IMG/VR virus record: IMGVR_UViG_3300037743_000151
Coordinates: 7,980 to 71,979 of that record
DNA length: 64,000 bases
Direction: 5' to 3' (one strand)
DNA from: a virus
Position numbers and translations under genes: made by a program. Of the stretch, positions 53,008 through 61,338 are shown piece after piece (positions within the stretch are counted from its first letter, which is position 1; each line of letters starts with the position of its first letter). The notes under the pieces were generated by a model, which did not search any database, was not told the origin of the DNA, and worked only from the letters and a program-made list of their open reading frames with translations.

Positions 53008-53883
53008 GTGACGTTCGACTTCACCGCCCCGTTCGAGTACCAGCACGGCTGGCGCGACATCGTCAACGACGTCCTCCAGGACGTCGACCAGCGCGCACAG
53101 AACGCGGACCTGACGTCGGTGTGGAGCACGGAGTCACCGTTCTCGATCCTCACCGGGCAGACGGTGGAGATCAAGGCTGTCGCCTCTGACCCGTTCCTCA
53201 ACGCGGTCGCTCCGACAGCGTCCGGCGACGACCCGGACATCGTGTACACCGGCACCGGAACCGTATCGACCACCCTCACCCGGGACTCGGGGCAGTCGAC
53301 CATCATCCGCATCACCTCTGCGGGCGGACCCGCGACGGTGCTGTCGATGCGGCTGCGTGCCCGCGCGGTGCCGGTCGGACACACCATCCAGATCCGCGAG
53401 CAGGACCCCGGATCAATCACCGTCCACGGGCTGCGCACATATCCGCAGGACATTCCCCTCGCCACCGCCAACGATGTGGAGGCGGTCGCGGAGGTGATCG
53501 TCGCGCAGTACGCGACCCGCCGCCCGATCGTGTCGATGCGGATCGTGGCGCAAGATCCGGCGCACCTGGTGGAAATCTTCACCCGGACTCTGTCGGACCG
53601 AATCCACATCCGTAACACGGAACTCGGTATGGACGCGGACTTCTTCATCGAGCAGCTTGAGCACACCATCACCCGCATCGATCCGGACCGGCCGCCGATC
53701 CACGCCCTTGTCCTGGGCTGCGAGAAAGATCGTGACGCCCCGAACAAGAACCCCTTCACGTTCGACAAGACGGGCGCCGGATTCGACGACGGGTTTTTCG
53801 ACCCGATCGCCGCAGACGACCCGGACACCGTATGGATCTGGGACACCCAGTCGGAGTTCGACACCCACGAGTTCGGAACCTGA
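53008..53883 (+). CDS. Minor tail protein
   Basis: GGGGAGG SD and GTG 53008. Confidence 0.55.
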   Translation: MTFDFTAPFEYQHGWRDIVNDVLQDVDQRAQNADLTSVWSTESPFSILTGQTVEIKAVASDPFLNAVAPTASGDDPDIVYTGTGTVSTTLTRDSGQSTIIRITSAGGPATVLSMRLRARAVPVGHTIQIREQDPGSITVHGLRTYPQDIPLATANDVEAVAEVIVAQYATRRPIVSMRIVAQDPAHLVEIFTRTLSDRIHIRNTELGMDADFFIEQLEHTITRIDPDRPPIHALVLGCEKDRDAPNKNPFTFDKTGAGFDDGFFDPIAADDPDTVWIWDTQSEFDTHEFGT

Positions 53884-53892
53884 GGAGGCGTG

Positions 53893-54264
53893 ATGCAACT
53901 GTTGACGGCCACCGCGCGCGCGTATGTCTACAACGGCATGTGGGTGGCGGACTGCCCGCAGGACTGCGGCGGCGTGGAGCCCCTGTTCGAGGCGAAACGA
54001 CGGGGCGGCCCGCGGGTGATCCGCTGCACGCTGTTCCACTGCTCGTACTGCAAGTTCGCGACGAGCCGCATCGACTGGCCGGACAGCGAGCAGGAGATCA
54101 CGGCCGTCCTCGATTTGCGGCCGATCCCTCACAACCGGAACTGGTATCCGGCCGGTCATCCGACGGCGCTCCGGTTCGGAATCCCGCACGGCCAATCCGT
54201 GAGAGACCTACAGGACGAGAACGCCGAGCACGGCGTGCCCGCATCCCCGAGCGAGGTGGCCTGA
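53893..54264 (+). CDS. Hypothetical Cys-rich protein in the tail module
   Basis: AGGAGG SD before ATG 53893. CPQDCGG...CSYCKF. Confidence 0.5.
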   Translation: MQLLTATARAYVYNGMWVADCPQDCGGVEPLFEAKRRGGPRVIRCTLFHCSYCKFATSRIDWPDSEQEITAVLDLRPIPHNRNWYPAGHPTALRFGIPHGQSVRDLQDENAEHGVPASPSEVA

Positions 54265-54800
54265 TGGCTTGGACAGCGCCAATGACGGCGGTCGCAAATA
54301 CCGTATTCACGGCGGCACAGTTCAATACGCATGTTCGAGACAACCTGAACGAAACCGCTCCCGCGAAGGCCACCGCGGCGGGCAGGATCTTCGTCACCAC
54401 CGGCGCCAACTCGATCGCAGAACGGCCGCTCGAAACCGCTGCGATCTCCACACCACAGACCACGACATCCGTCACCTACGCCGACCTAGGCACGATCGGC
54501 CCGTCGGTGACCATCACCACCGGGCCAGCCGCGATCGTGTGGGTCTCCTCGTTCCTACAGAACGACACGTCGGGTGCTTCGAGTCACGTCAGCTTCGCGG
54601 TCACGGGGGCGACGGCGATCGCCGCCTCCGATGTGGAAGCGATCCGCTTCAACGCGTCTACCGTGAGCGACTTCATGCGGGCCGGGATCACGTCGAAGGT
54701 GGTTCTGACCCCGGGTTCCAACACGTTCACGATGAAGTACCGGGTGTCTGGCGGTACGGGGACGTTCGCAAACCGGTCCATCACCGTCATGTCCCTGTGA
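54264..54800 (+). CDS. Minor tail protein
   Basis: MAWTAPMTAVANTVFTAAQFNTHVRDNLNETAPAKAT resembles the N-terminus of actinophage minor tail proteins. Confidence 0.6.
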   Translation: MAWTAPMTAVANTVFTAAQFNTHVRDNLNETAPAKATAAGRIFVTTGANSIAERPLETAAISTPQTTTSVTYADLGTIGPSVTITTGPAAIVWVSSFLQNDTSGASSHVSFAVTGATAIAASDVEAIRFNASTVSDFMRAGITSKVVLTPGSNTFTMKYRVSGGTGTFANRSITVMSL

Positions 54801-54806
54801 GGAAGC

Positions 54807-55310
54807 ATGTATCCCGCCAAGACGATCTACAACATCGAGTGCCCGACGATCCTCGGCCTGTACACCACGGACGAGGTCACCGCGTCGAAGCTGAACGTCA
54901 ACGGCGGTGACCCCGACCTGTACGCCACCATGCTCCGCGTCGTTGTCCCCGTCGCGGCCGGCGACTTCATACGCGCCGAGGGCTGGGCGCGCGTCACCAA
55001 CGACCTGGGCTACAACGTCGGTGTCGGCTGGCACCTGTGGATGTACGACGCCGACAACGGCCTCGGCGCGTCCGGGGTGTGGGCGCAGATCTCCCCGCTG
55101 TGTGGGGAGAACGTCACCCCGAACATGCACCACATGCCACTCGCGATCAAGGCCACCTACCAGGTTCCCGACGCGTGGCCCGAAGACCACCGCGCCGTCG
55201 TCGTGCTCCGTGCCAGCGCGCACTCCACCGCCTGGCAGCCCGGCCACCAGATCACCGTCGACAAGCCTTACGGCTACCTCGAAGCCGAACGCCTGAGGGA
55301 AGGAGTCTGA
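54807..55310 (+). CDS. Hypothetical tail-associated protein
   Basis: ORF between the minor tail genes and the endolysin. Confidence 0.5.
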   Translation: MYPAKTIYNIECPTILGLYTTDEVTASKLNVNGGDPDLYATMLRVVVPVAAGDFIRAEGWARVTNDLGYNVGVGWHLWMYDADNGLGASGVWAQISPLCGENVTPNMHHMPLAIKATYQVPDAWPEDHRAVVVLRASAHSTAWQPGHQITVDKPYGYLEAERLREGV

Positions 55311-55314
55311 CGCC

Positions 55315-56064
55315 ATGGCCGCACCACTCTCCCCAGACAGACTGATCGCGATCCTCAAGGCCGAGGGCGTGAAGGTCTCCGAGTACTCGGGCTGGCGGAC
55401 GCGCGAGCGTGACGACGAGACCGGCAAAACGTTCGGCCCCGTCCACATGATCCTCAACCACCACACCGCGGGCCGCGACGACCTGCACGTGGTGGCTCGC
55501 AACGGCTACAGCGGACTGCCCGCCCCCCTCGCGCACATCTGGCTCGGCCGAACCGGCGTGGCCTGGCTGTGCAGCGCTGGCCGCGCCAACCACGCCGGCC
55601 TCATGGCGCAGAATGCGTACAACGCGTTCCTCAACGAGGCGACCACGCACCCGGCCCCGGCCAAGTCGTCCGGCACGGTCGACGGCAACGACGTCGCCTA
55701 CGGCATCGAGACGGAAAACCGCGGCGACGACAAGGACATCTACCCGCGCGTCCAGTACGACGCCTGGGTACGGATCAACGCCGCGTTCTGCCGCGAGTAC
55801 GAGTGGACGGCCGAGTCGTGCGGCGCCCACAAGGAAACCTCGATCGAGGGCAAGCCGGACCCGCGCGGCCCGGTCGAGGGCTACGGCACCCGCAGCAAGT
55901 TCGACTTCACCCCGGGCCAGTTCCGCAAGGACGTGGCCGAGCGGCTGAAGCACGCCGCCTCGTGGTCGCCCGGCACCGCGCCGCCGGCGCCGAAGGCGCC
56001 GACCGTTGAGGAGCGGCTGGCCGCTCTGGAGAAGCGCGTCACCGCGCTGGAAAAGGGAGCCTGA
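55315..56064 (+). CDS. Endolysin: N-acetylmuramoyl-L-alanine amidase (PGRP/amidase_2-like) with C-terminal coiled coil
   Basis: ILNHHTAG, RANHAG, GIETENRGD and HKETS motifs. Confidence 0.8.
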   Translation: MAAPLSPDRLIAILKAEGVKVSEYSGWRTRERDDETGKTFGPVHMILNHHTAGRDDLHVVARNGYSGLPAPLAHIWLGRTGVAWLCSAGRANHAGLMAQNAYNAFLNEATTHPAPAKSSGTVDGNDVAYGIETENRGDDKDIYPRVQYDAWVRINAAFCREYEWTAESCGAHKETSIEGKPDPRGPVEGYGTRSKFDFTPGQFRKDVAERLKHAASWSPGTAPPAPKAPTVEERLAALEKRVTALEKGA

Positions 56065-56066
56065 CC

Positions 56067-56261
56067 GTGAAGATCTCGAAGTACTGGAAGGCCGTCGTCG
56101 CCGCGCTCGCGGCCGGAGCCGGAGCCGTGACGACGGCAGCGCAGGACGGCCAGATCACCGGCGAGGAGTGGTGGACCGCAGCTGTCGCTGTCCTCGCCGC
56201 GCTCGGACTGACCTGGGCCGTACCGAACAAGCCGTCAACTGGAGAGGACAAGCAGGCATGA
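56067..56261 (+). CDS. Holin-like protein with two transmembrane helices
   Basis: 64 aa with two hydrophobic helices, directly after the endolysin. Confidence 0.6.
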   Translation: MKISKYWKAVVAALAAGAGAVTTAAQDGQITGEEWWTAAVAVLAALGLTWAVPNKPSTGEDKQA

Positions 56262-56542
56262 GCAGCCCCTTGGAAGGACGTATCCGCGCCCTGGCCCGCG
56301 AGGAAGCCACCGCGCTCCTCGGCGTCGGCCAGCCCAACGAGTCGGCGCACGGGACAGCCGAGTTGCAGCAGCAGATCACCGATCTGCACGAGCACCTCCA
56401 TGTGGCCGCCACCAGCATCAGCAGACTGGAACAGCGCATCGACGCACTGGAGAAGGCGCCCGGGCAGACGGACCAGGAGGAACGCCCGACAGCACGGCGC
56501 ACGCCACGCAAGACGGGCGGGATCACATCCACCCCGGAATGA
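56258..56542 (+). CDS. Coiled-coil lysis-cassette accessory protein (putative)
   Basis: ATGA overlap at 56258. Confidence 0.45.
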   Translation: MSSPLEGRIRALAREEATALLGVGQPNESAHGTAELQQQITDLHEHLHVAATSISRLEQRIDALEKAPGQTDQEERPTARRTPRKTGGITSTPE

Positions 56543-56544
56543 TC
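56534..56544 (+). promoter_or_regulatory. CCGGAATGATC motif, copy 5
   Basis: Exact 11-mer, 30 nt before GTG 56574. Its ATG opens a 12-codon uORF that ends in a GTGA overlap with that start. Confidence 0.6.
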
Positions 56545-56573
56545 TTTGCGGGCGGGCTCGTACTGTCCCGCTC

Positions 56574-57659
56574 GTGAAGGTCCTCGTATACCCCAGCGAC
56601 AACTACGGCTGCGGCTCATTCCGGATGCGGTGGCCTGGTGAGGCTTGCGCCGCGACCGGGCACGACGTCCACGTCGTGAGCCAGGACAAGCGGTCCGTGC
56701 GCCTGGTCATGGAGCGCGACACAGTCCGCGATGTCCTCGTCGACGGCGTGGACGTCGTGGTTCTCCAGCGGGTGACGCACGCCCACATGGCGCAGGCCGT
56801 CGGCGTGCTCCGCGCGAAGGGCGTCACGGTGGTGGTCGACGTAGACGACGACCTGTCCGCGATCCATCCCTCGAACCCGGCATGGGCGATGCACCATCCC
56901 GGCAATGAGGGCCGGCGGATGGTGGGCGGGAAGGTGAACCGGCATTCGTGGCGCAACCTCGCGGCGGCGTGCCGGGACGCGACGCTGGTGACAGTATCGA
57001 CGCCGGCACTGCTGGACGTGTACGCCCGGCACGGGCGAGGGGTGGTGCTGCCGAACTATCTGCCGGATCACTACTACGGGCTGCCGCGTACGGATTCGGA
57101 TGTGGTCGGCTGGCCTGGTTCATTCCACTCGCACCCGAACGATCCGGAGGCGGTGGGCGGTGCGGTTGCGCGTCTCGTCGACGAGGGCGCTCAGTTCGTG
57201 ATGCGTGGGGATCCGTCGGGTGCGGGGAAGGCGTTCGGTCTGGCGGCGGATCCTGCGGGTGGTGGGGTGTCGATCGAGGAGTGGCCGCGGGCGGTTGCCG
57301 AGTTGGGGGTGGGGATCGCGCCGCTGGCGGACACGAAGTTCAATATGTCCAAGTCTTGGTTGAAGTGCGTCGAGATGTCAGCCTGTGGAGTGCCGTGGGT
57401 GGCGTCGCCGCGCGCCGAGTACAAGCGCATTCACGCGATGGGCGCTGGGCTTCTCGCTGACCGGCCGCGGACTTGGTACCGGGAGGTGAAGCGGCTGCGG
57501 GAATCGGCTGCCATGCGTCAGGAGCTGAGCGAGGCGGGGCGCGCGGTAGCCGAGCAGCTCCGGTTGTCTCAGCACGCGTGGAAGTGGATGGAGGCTTGGG
57601 AGAGGGCGTACGAGTTGCAGCAGGCTACTCCGCAGAGAGCGATAGCCCTTCCAGCGTAG
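56574..57659 (+). CDS. Glycosyltransferase (GT-B/GT4-like)
   Basis: VKVLVYPSDNYGCGSFRMRWP... About 360 aa with two Rossmann-like halves. Confidence 0.55.
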   Translation: MKVLVYPSDNYGCGSFRMRWPGEACAATGHDVHVVSQDKRSVRLVMERDTVRDVLVDGVDVVVLQRVTHAHMAQAVGVLRAKGVTVVVDVDDDLSAIHPSNPAWAMHHPGNEGRRMVGGKVNRHSWRNLAAACRDATLVTVSTPALLDVYARHGRGVVLPNYLPDHYYGLPRTDSDVVGWPGSFHSHPNDPEAVGGAVARLVDEGAQFVMRGDPSGAGKAFGLAADPAGGGVSIEEWPRAVAELGVGIAPLADTKFNMSKSWLKCVEMSACGVPWVASPRAEYKRIHAMGAGLLADRPRTWYREVKRLRESAAMRQELSEAGRAVAEQLRLSQHAWKWMEAWERAYELQQATPQRAIALPA

Positions 57660-57867
57660 GTGCAGGGATCGTCCCGTCGGGCACGTCGAGGGTGAGCGTG
57701 ACGGCGGTTCCGTCGTCGGAGACCTCGACAGCAACCACGGTGGCCTCTGCGTCTTCCGATCCTTCGATCCGGAGCGGCACGACGCATCCCACTTGGCTGT
57801 CGAAGGCGTTGTGAGCAAACCGTTCCCCGGGTGCTGCGTGCTGTGAGGTGTTCAGGCGTGGCGTCAT
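57625..57867 (-). CDS. Hypothetical small protein
   Basis: ORF convergent with, and overlapping, the 3' end of the glycosyltransferase gene. Confidence 0.35.
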   Translation of the reverse strand: MTPRLNTSQHAAPGERFAHNAFDSQVGCVVPLRIEGSEDAEATVVAVEVSDDGTAVTLTLDVPDGTIPAPTLEGLSLSAE

Positions 57868-57881
57868 AGCCCGAGTATTGC

Positions 57882-58292
57882 CTACGCCGCGGTCACGGGT
57901 AGCGGTGTAGCGGCGATCGGTTCCTCGCGCACGTCACGGATCCACGAGATGCCGCAGGCCACACAGAGTTCGTGCGGGTCCTCGTACACCAGCGCGGTAC
58001 CCAGGCACAGCGGGCACTTCGCGCGGGTGCGGACGCGCCGGAGCTGGTTGCGCTGGTAGGTGGTGGTGCCAGCCCAGTAGCCCTCCGTGCCGTGGAGCAT
58101 CGCCCACGCCAGGCATTTGGTGCGGACATCGCAGGTGCGGCACCACTGCTGCGCCTGATTCACGCCGTGCTCGGTCTCTACGTCGGGGACGAAGTCGAAG
58201 CCAGCGGACACACAGGGTGCGCCCGCCTGCCATTCGGTGCCTTCGGCGCTGATGGCGGTGAGGATGCGCTTCTCGAAGTCCATGCCAACCAC
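57882..58292 (-). CDS. WhiB-like (Wbl) transcription factor with C-terminal zinc-ribbon extension
   Basis: C...CRTCDVRTKCLAWAM...GYWAGTT followed by CPLC...CVACG. Confidence 0.7.
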   Translation of the reverse strand: MVGMDFEKRILTAISAEGTEWQAGAPCVSAGFDFVPDVETEHGVNQAQQWCRTCDVRTKCLAWAMLHGTEGYWAGTTTYQRNQLRRVRTRAKCPLCLGTALVYEDPHELCVACGISWIRDVREEPIAATPLPVTAA

Positions 58293-58295
58293 CCT

Positions 58296-58550
58296 TCAGG
58301 GGCACGGGGTGTCGTCGGCGACGGACCACACGATCGCCCCACGGTCGAGGCACTGCCGGATACGCCCAGCCCTCTTCAGCCGCTGCACGGACAGGGCGAT
58401 GGTGGGCCGGTCAAGGCCGGTCGCTGTGGCGAGGGCGCTGCGGGATGCGACGCCTTCCGTGATGAGCCGGTAGATGGTTTCGTCGCGGGCGATGACGTCG
58501 GGGTTGCGGGGTCGTCCGGGGCGTCCTGTGCGGTGAGCGGTCTGCTGCAT
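58296..58550 (-). CDS. Winged-helix (MarR-like) regulator
   Basis: Internal ATG 58550. RLITEGVASRSALATATGLDRPTIALSVQRLKRAGRI. Confidence 0.55.
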   Translation of the reverse strand: MQQTAHRTGRPGRPRNPDVIARDETIYRLITEGVASRSALATATGLDRPTIALSVQRLKRAGRIRQCLDRGAIVWSVADDTPCP

Positions 58551-58656
58551 GCGCGGCTCGCATTCACTTGGCCGGGTTGCTGAATACCAGTATGCAGACG
58601 GGTGCAAGTCAGCCACTGATGGCCGGAATATGCCACACGGTTCGAATGCAACACTC

Positions 58657-58668
58657 CCGTTCGAACGG
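58657..58668. promoter_or_regulatory. Perfect 12-bp palindrome CCGTTCGAACGG (operator candidate)
   Basis: Lies in the divergent intergenic region, with a related CGGTTCGAAT 20 nt upstream. Confidence 0.45.
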
Positions 58669-58704
58669 CCCGCACCCTTGGGGCCTTGCACGACGGAGAA
58701 CCCC

Positions 58705-58953
58705 ATGGACCTGATCATCTACCTCGGCGGAGGCTCAGCCGCACTCCTCGCCATCGGCGCACTCGCCCGCGGAATATGGCGCATCAACCGGCGCATCGTG
58801 ACGATCGTGAACGCGGTGCAGGAGCTGTCACCGAACGGCGGCCGGTCCATCAAGGACACGGTGACACGCACGGAACGCAAGGTCGATGACACGGCGCAGG
58901 AACTGTCCCAGCTGAAGCAGCAGTTCGACGAACACCTATCGAGCGGCACCTGA
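58705..58953 (+). CDS. Membrane-anchored coiled-coil protein
   Basis: GGAGAA SD. N-terminal hydrophobic helix LIIYLGGGSAALLAIGALA. Confidence 0.5.
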   Translation: MDLIIYLGGGSAALLAIGALARGIWRINRRIVTIVNAVQELSPNGGRSIKDTVTRTERKVDDTAQELSQLKQQFDEHLSSGT

Positions 58954-58990
58954 GCAGCGCCTCGGCTTCGGCTGGGAGGGGGCCGCTTCG

Positions 58991-59182
58991 TCATGCTCCG
59001 GTCTGGTTGGCCTTCTCGTCGTCCGTCTTGGCGGGGGTGGCAGCGTACCGGTGGAGCGCGGTCACGACGACGTCCGTGATGGTCCTGCCCTCCGCTGCCG
59101 CCTTCGCCTTCACGGCGCTCCAGACACCGTCGGGTACGCGGACGTTGCGGATGGGCGTCTCGCCCGTTTTCGGCCTGGCCAC
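58991..59182 (-). CDS. Ribbon-helix-helix regulator (paralog of 20986..21246)
   Basis: RNVRVPDGVWSAVKAKAAAEGRTITDVVVTALHRY. GTG start with GAAGGGGG SD. Confidence 0.6.
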   Translation of the reverse strand: MARPKTGETPIRNVRVPDGVWSAVKAKAAAEGRTITDVVVTALHRYAATPAKTDDEKANQTGA

Positions 59183-59194
59183 TTGGCTACCCCC

Positions 59195-59280
59195 TTCTGT
59201 GTGTAGGTACAGAAACTAGCATCCATCTTGGAAGACGACTTGACAAGGGTCTCTCATGGGCGCATTCTGTAGGTACACAA
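59195..59280. promoter_or_regulatory. Two TGTAGGTACA operator-like sites flanking a TTGACA -35-like hexamer
   Basis: TGTAGGTACA at 59202-59211 and 59268-59277; TTGACA at 59240-59245. Confidence 0.6.
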
Positions 59281-59304
59281 ACCGGCACCGAACAGGGAGA
59301 TTCA

Positions 59305-60192
59305 GTGAGCGTGATGACCGAGAACAAGACCGAGACGTTCGAGGGCGTCGACCCCAGCAACGTGCGCGAGGGAGACCGCCTCCAGTTCATCACCCGGGAC
59401 ACCGGATTCAACGGACGCGGCCTCTACCCGCGCACCGGTACGGTCACCAAGGTCACCGAGAAGACGATCCATGTCACCTGCGACGCGCCTGAGCTCGCCA
59501 GGCCGGAGGTCGCAGTTCTGCGACGCCACATCCCCACCTGGGTCTCCCGCGCCGTCCGCCGGATCGTCACTGAGCAGCCCACCACCACCCGCACCGCCGC
59601 CGACTTCCCCAAGGGCACCCGCGTCACGTCAGCCGATGGCCAGACGGGGACCGTCAACGGATACGACATCGGCCGCGTCACCAACGCCGAGCACGTCAAC
59701 TACGGCCGCGAGTACATTGGCGTGACGTGGGACCCGACCGAGTCGATCCCTTGGGGAGGGCGCAGCCGCCCCTTCACCGACGAGCTGACCACCGTGGCCG
59801 CCGCCGACGCCGACGAGGCGTCGTTCCAGCCGGGCGAGCGGGTCGTGCACGCGGACGGTCGTAGCTTCAAGTTCGTGAGCGTGAACCCGGAGGACTCCAC
59901 CCGCATCCTCGTCGAGCGGCCCACTGACGGTCGTGTGGTGTCGTGGCGCCTGAGCGAGTGCCGGGCGGAGAGCGAGACCGAGACCGCCGCCGGGCACGGT
60001 GAGACCGACAAGCTCCACCGCGAGCTGTGCGGCGACCAGCCCCGCAAGACCCCGGATCTCCGGCAGCTGGCCAACCCGAAGAAGGCCGACCCCGAGACGA
60101 TCGCCGAGATCCACGCCAGCCGCTGCCAGGACTGCAAGGGCGCCGGGTGCCCGCAGTGCGGCTACAAGGGAGTCCCGCGCACCGTCTGCTGA
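59305..60192 (+). CDS. Hypothetical protein with C-terminal CxxC-x4-CxxC
   Basis: AGGGAGA SD and GTG 59305. Confidence 0.55.
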   Translation: MSVMTENKTETFEGVDPSNVREGDRLQFITRDTGFNGRGLYPRTGTVTKVTEKTIHVTCDAPELARPEVAVLRRHIPTWVSRAVRRIVTEQPTTTRTAADFPKGTRVTSADGQTGTVNGYDIGRVTNAEHVNYGREYIGVTWDPTESIPWGGRSRPFTDELTTVAAADADEASFQPGERVVHADGRSFKFVSVNPEDSTRILVERPTDGRVVSWRLSECRAESETETAAGHGETDKLHRELCGDQPRKTPDLRQLANPKKADPETIAEIHASRCQDCKGAGCPQCGYKGVPRTVC

Positions 60193-60210
60193 CCCTGGTC
60201 ACCAGCCCCC

Positions 60211-60230
60211 GCCCCGCCGTCGCGCGGGGC
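60211..60230. terminator. Stem-loop between convergent genes
   Basis: GCCCCGC - 6-nt loop - GCGGGGC, then TTC. Confidence 0.45.
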
Positions 60231-60240
60231 TTCGGCGCGT

Positions 60241-60432
60241 TCACGCCGCGTCGGCGACCGCCTGTTCAGCCCGCACGGCCGCCGCCCACTCCACCACCAA
60301 CGCCGCGTACACCGCCCGCTCCCCGGCCGACAGCCTGCCGCCCGCCCGCAGCCACAGGGCACGAATCTCGGCATTCACACAGGCAGCAGACCGCACGGAA
60401 CCACAAACGGGAATGGAGGGGGACATACACAC
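60241..60432 (-). CDS. Doubtful small ORF downstream of the integrase
   Basis: 63-aa ORF only; no SD or motif recognised. Confidence 0.2.
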   Translation of the reverse strand: MCMSPSIPVCGSVRSAACVNAEIRALWLRAGGRLSAGERAVYAALVVEWAAAVRAEQAVADAA

Positions 60433-60444
60433 ATCCTACGGCGA

Positions 60445-61338
60445 TCAAAGATCACCCAGATTCAGCCCACGCGCCTCATCAGCAGCACGCCTCGCCGCAG
60501 TCGCCCGCGTATACCGATCAATCATGTCCCGCCGCGACCACCCAGCCACCGCCATCAACCCCCCCTCCGACCCACCCCGCTGAAGCCACCTCCCAGCCGC
60601 CGTATGCCGCAAAACATGAGGATGAAAATCAGGAATGCCAGCCAACGAAGCACGCCGCACGAGACTGTCGTACAGGCCCGAATAGCCGATGGTCTTACCC
60701 CGGTCCCCGAGCCACAGATCCGAAGTGGAAGCCAGCCGGTGGGCCCGACGCAGACGCAGGTACCGGTCGACCGCCCGGCATGTCTGCGGGCCGACGGGTA
60801 TGGTGCGTCCTTTGCCGCCCTTGCCGCGGCGCACGATCGCGGTGCCGGCGGACAGGTCGATGTCGCCTGCTTCCATGGCGACGACTTCGCCGATCCTCGC
60901 CCCCGTCTCCAGCATCAGGCGGATGATCGCCTCGTCGCGGCGTTCCCAGAAGTCCTTGCCGGCGCACGCCTTGATCAACGCGCGAAGCTGGTCGTCGGAT
61001 AGTTCAGGGATAATTTTGCTATCAAGCTTGGGCGGTTTCAGGCCCACCAGGGAGTCACTGTCGAGCTCTCCCTCATCGGCCAGCCATGCGGAGAACCGGC
61101 GCAGGGACAGCTGCCGGGAGCGGGCTGTGGCAGCCTCTGCGCCCTCGTCGAGGAGGTCGGCGACGAAGGCGTTCACTACGGCTCGTGTGAGGTCAGGGCT
61201 GCGGTCGGTGCGCTCGCACCAGGCGATGAAGCGTTTGATGCCGTCGGTGTAGGTCTTCACGGTCTGTGGGCTTTTGCGTTCGGCGCGTAGGTGGAGGGTC
61301 CAGGAGGTGAGGAGACTGTGCATGTCGTCGGTGGTCAT
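60445..61338 (-). CDS. int: Tyrosine recombinase/integrase (XerC/D-like)
   Basis: Core-binding domain plus ARIGEV...HVLRHTAA...GWSRRDMIDRYT catalytic region. ATG 61338 overlaps the upstream stop. Confidence 0.85.
   Translation of the reverse strand: MTTDDMHSLLTSWTLHLRAERKSPQTVKTYTDGIKRFIAWCERTDRSPDLTRAVVNAFVADLLDEGAEAATARSRQLSLRRFSAWLADEGELDSDSLVGLKPPKLDSKIIPELSDDQLRALIKACAGKDFWERRDEAIIRLMLETGARIGEVVAMEAGDIDLSAGTAIVRRGKGGKGRTIPVGPQTCRAVDRYLRLRRAHRLASTSDLWLGDRGKTIGYSGLYDSLVRRASLAGIPDFHPHVLRHTAAGRWLQRGGSEGGLMAVAGWSRRDMIDRYTRATAARRAADEARGLNLGDL

Noticed and set aside
60445-61338. Integrase marking a prophage/chromosome boundary within the window
   Set aside because: Genes on both sides are phage-type and no cellular genes or tRNA are seen, so no attL/attR junction is called.
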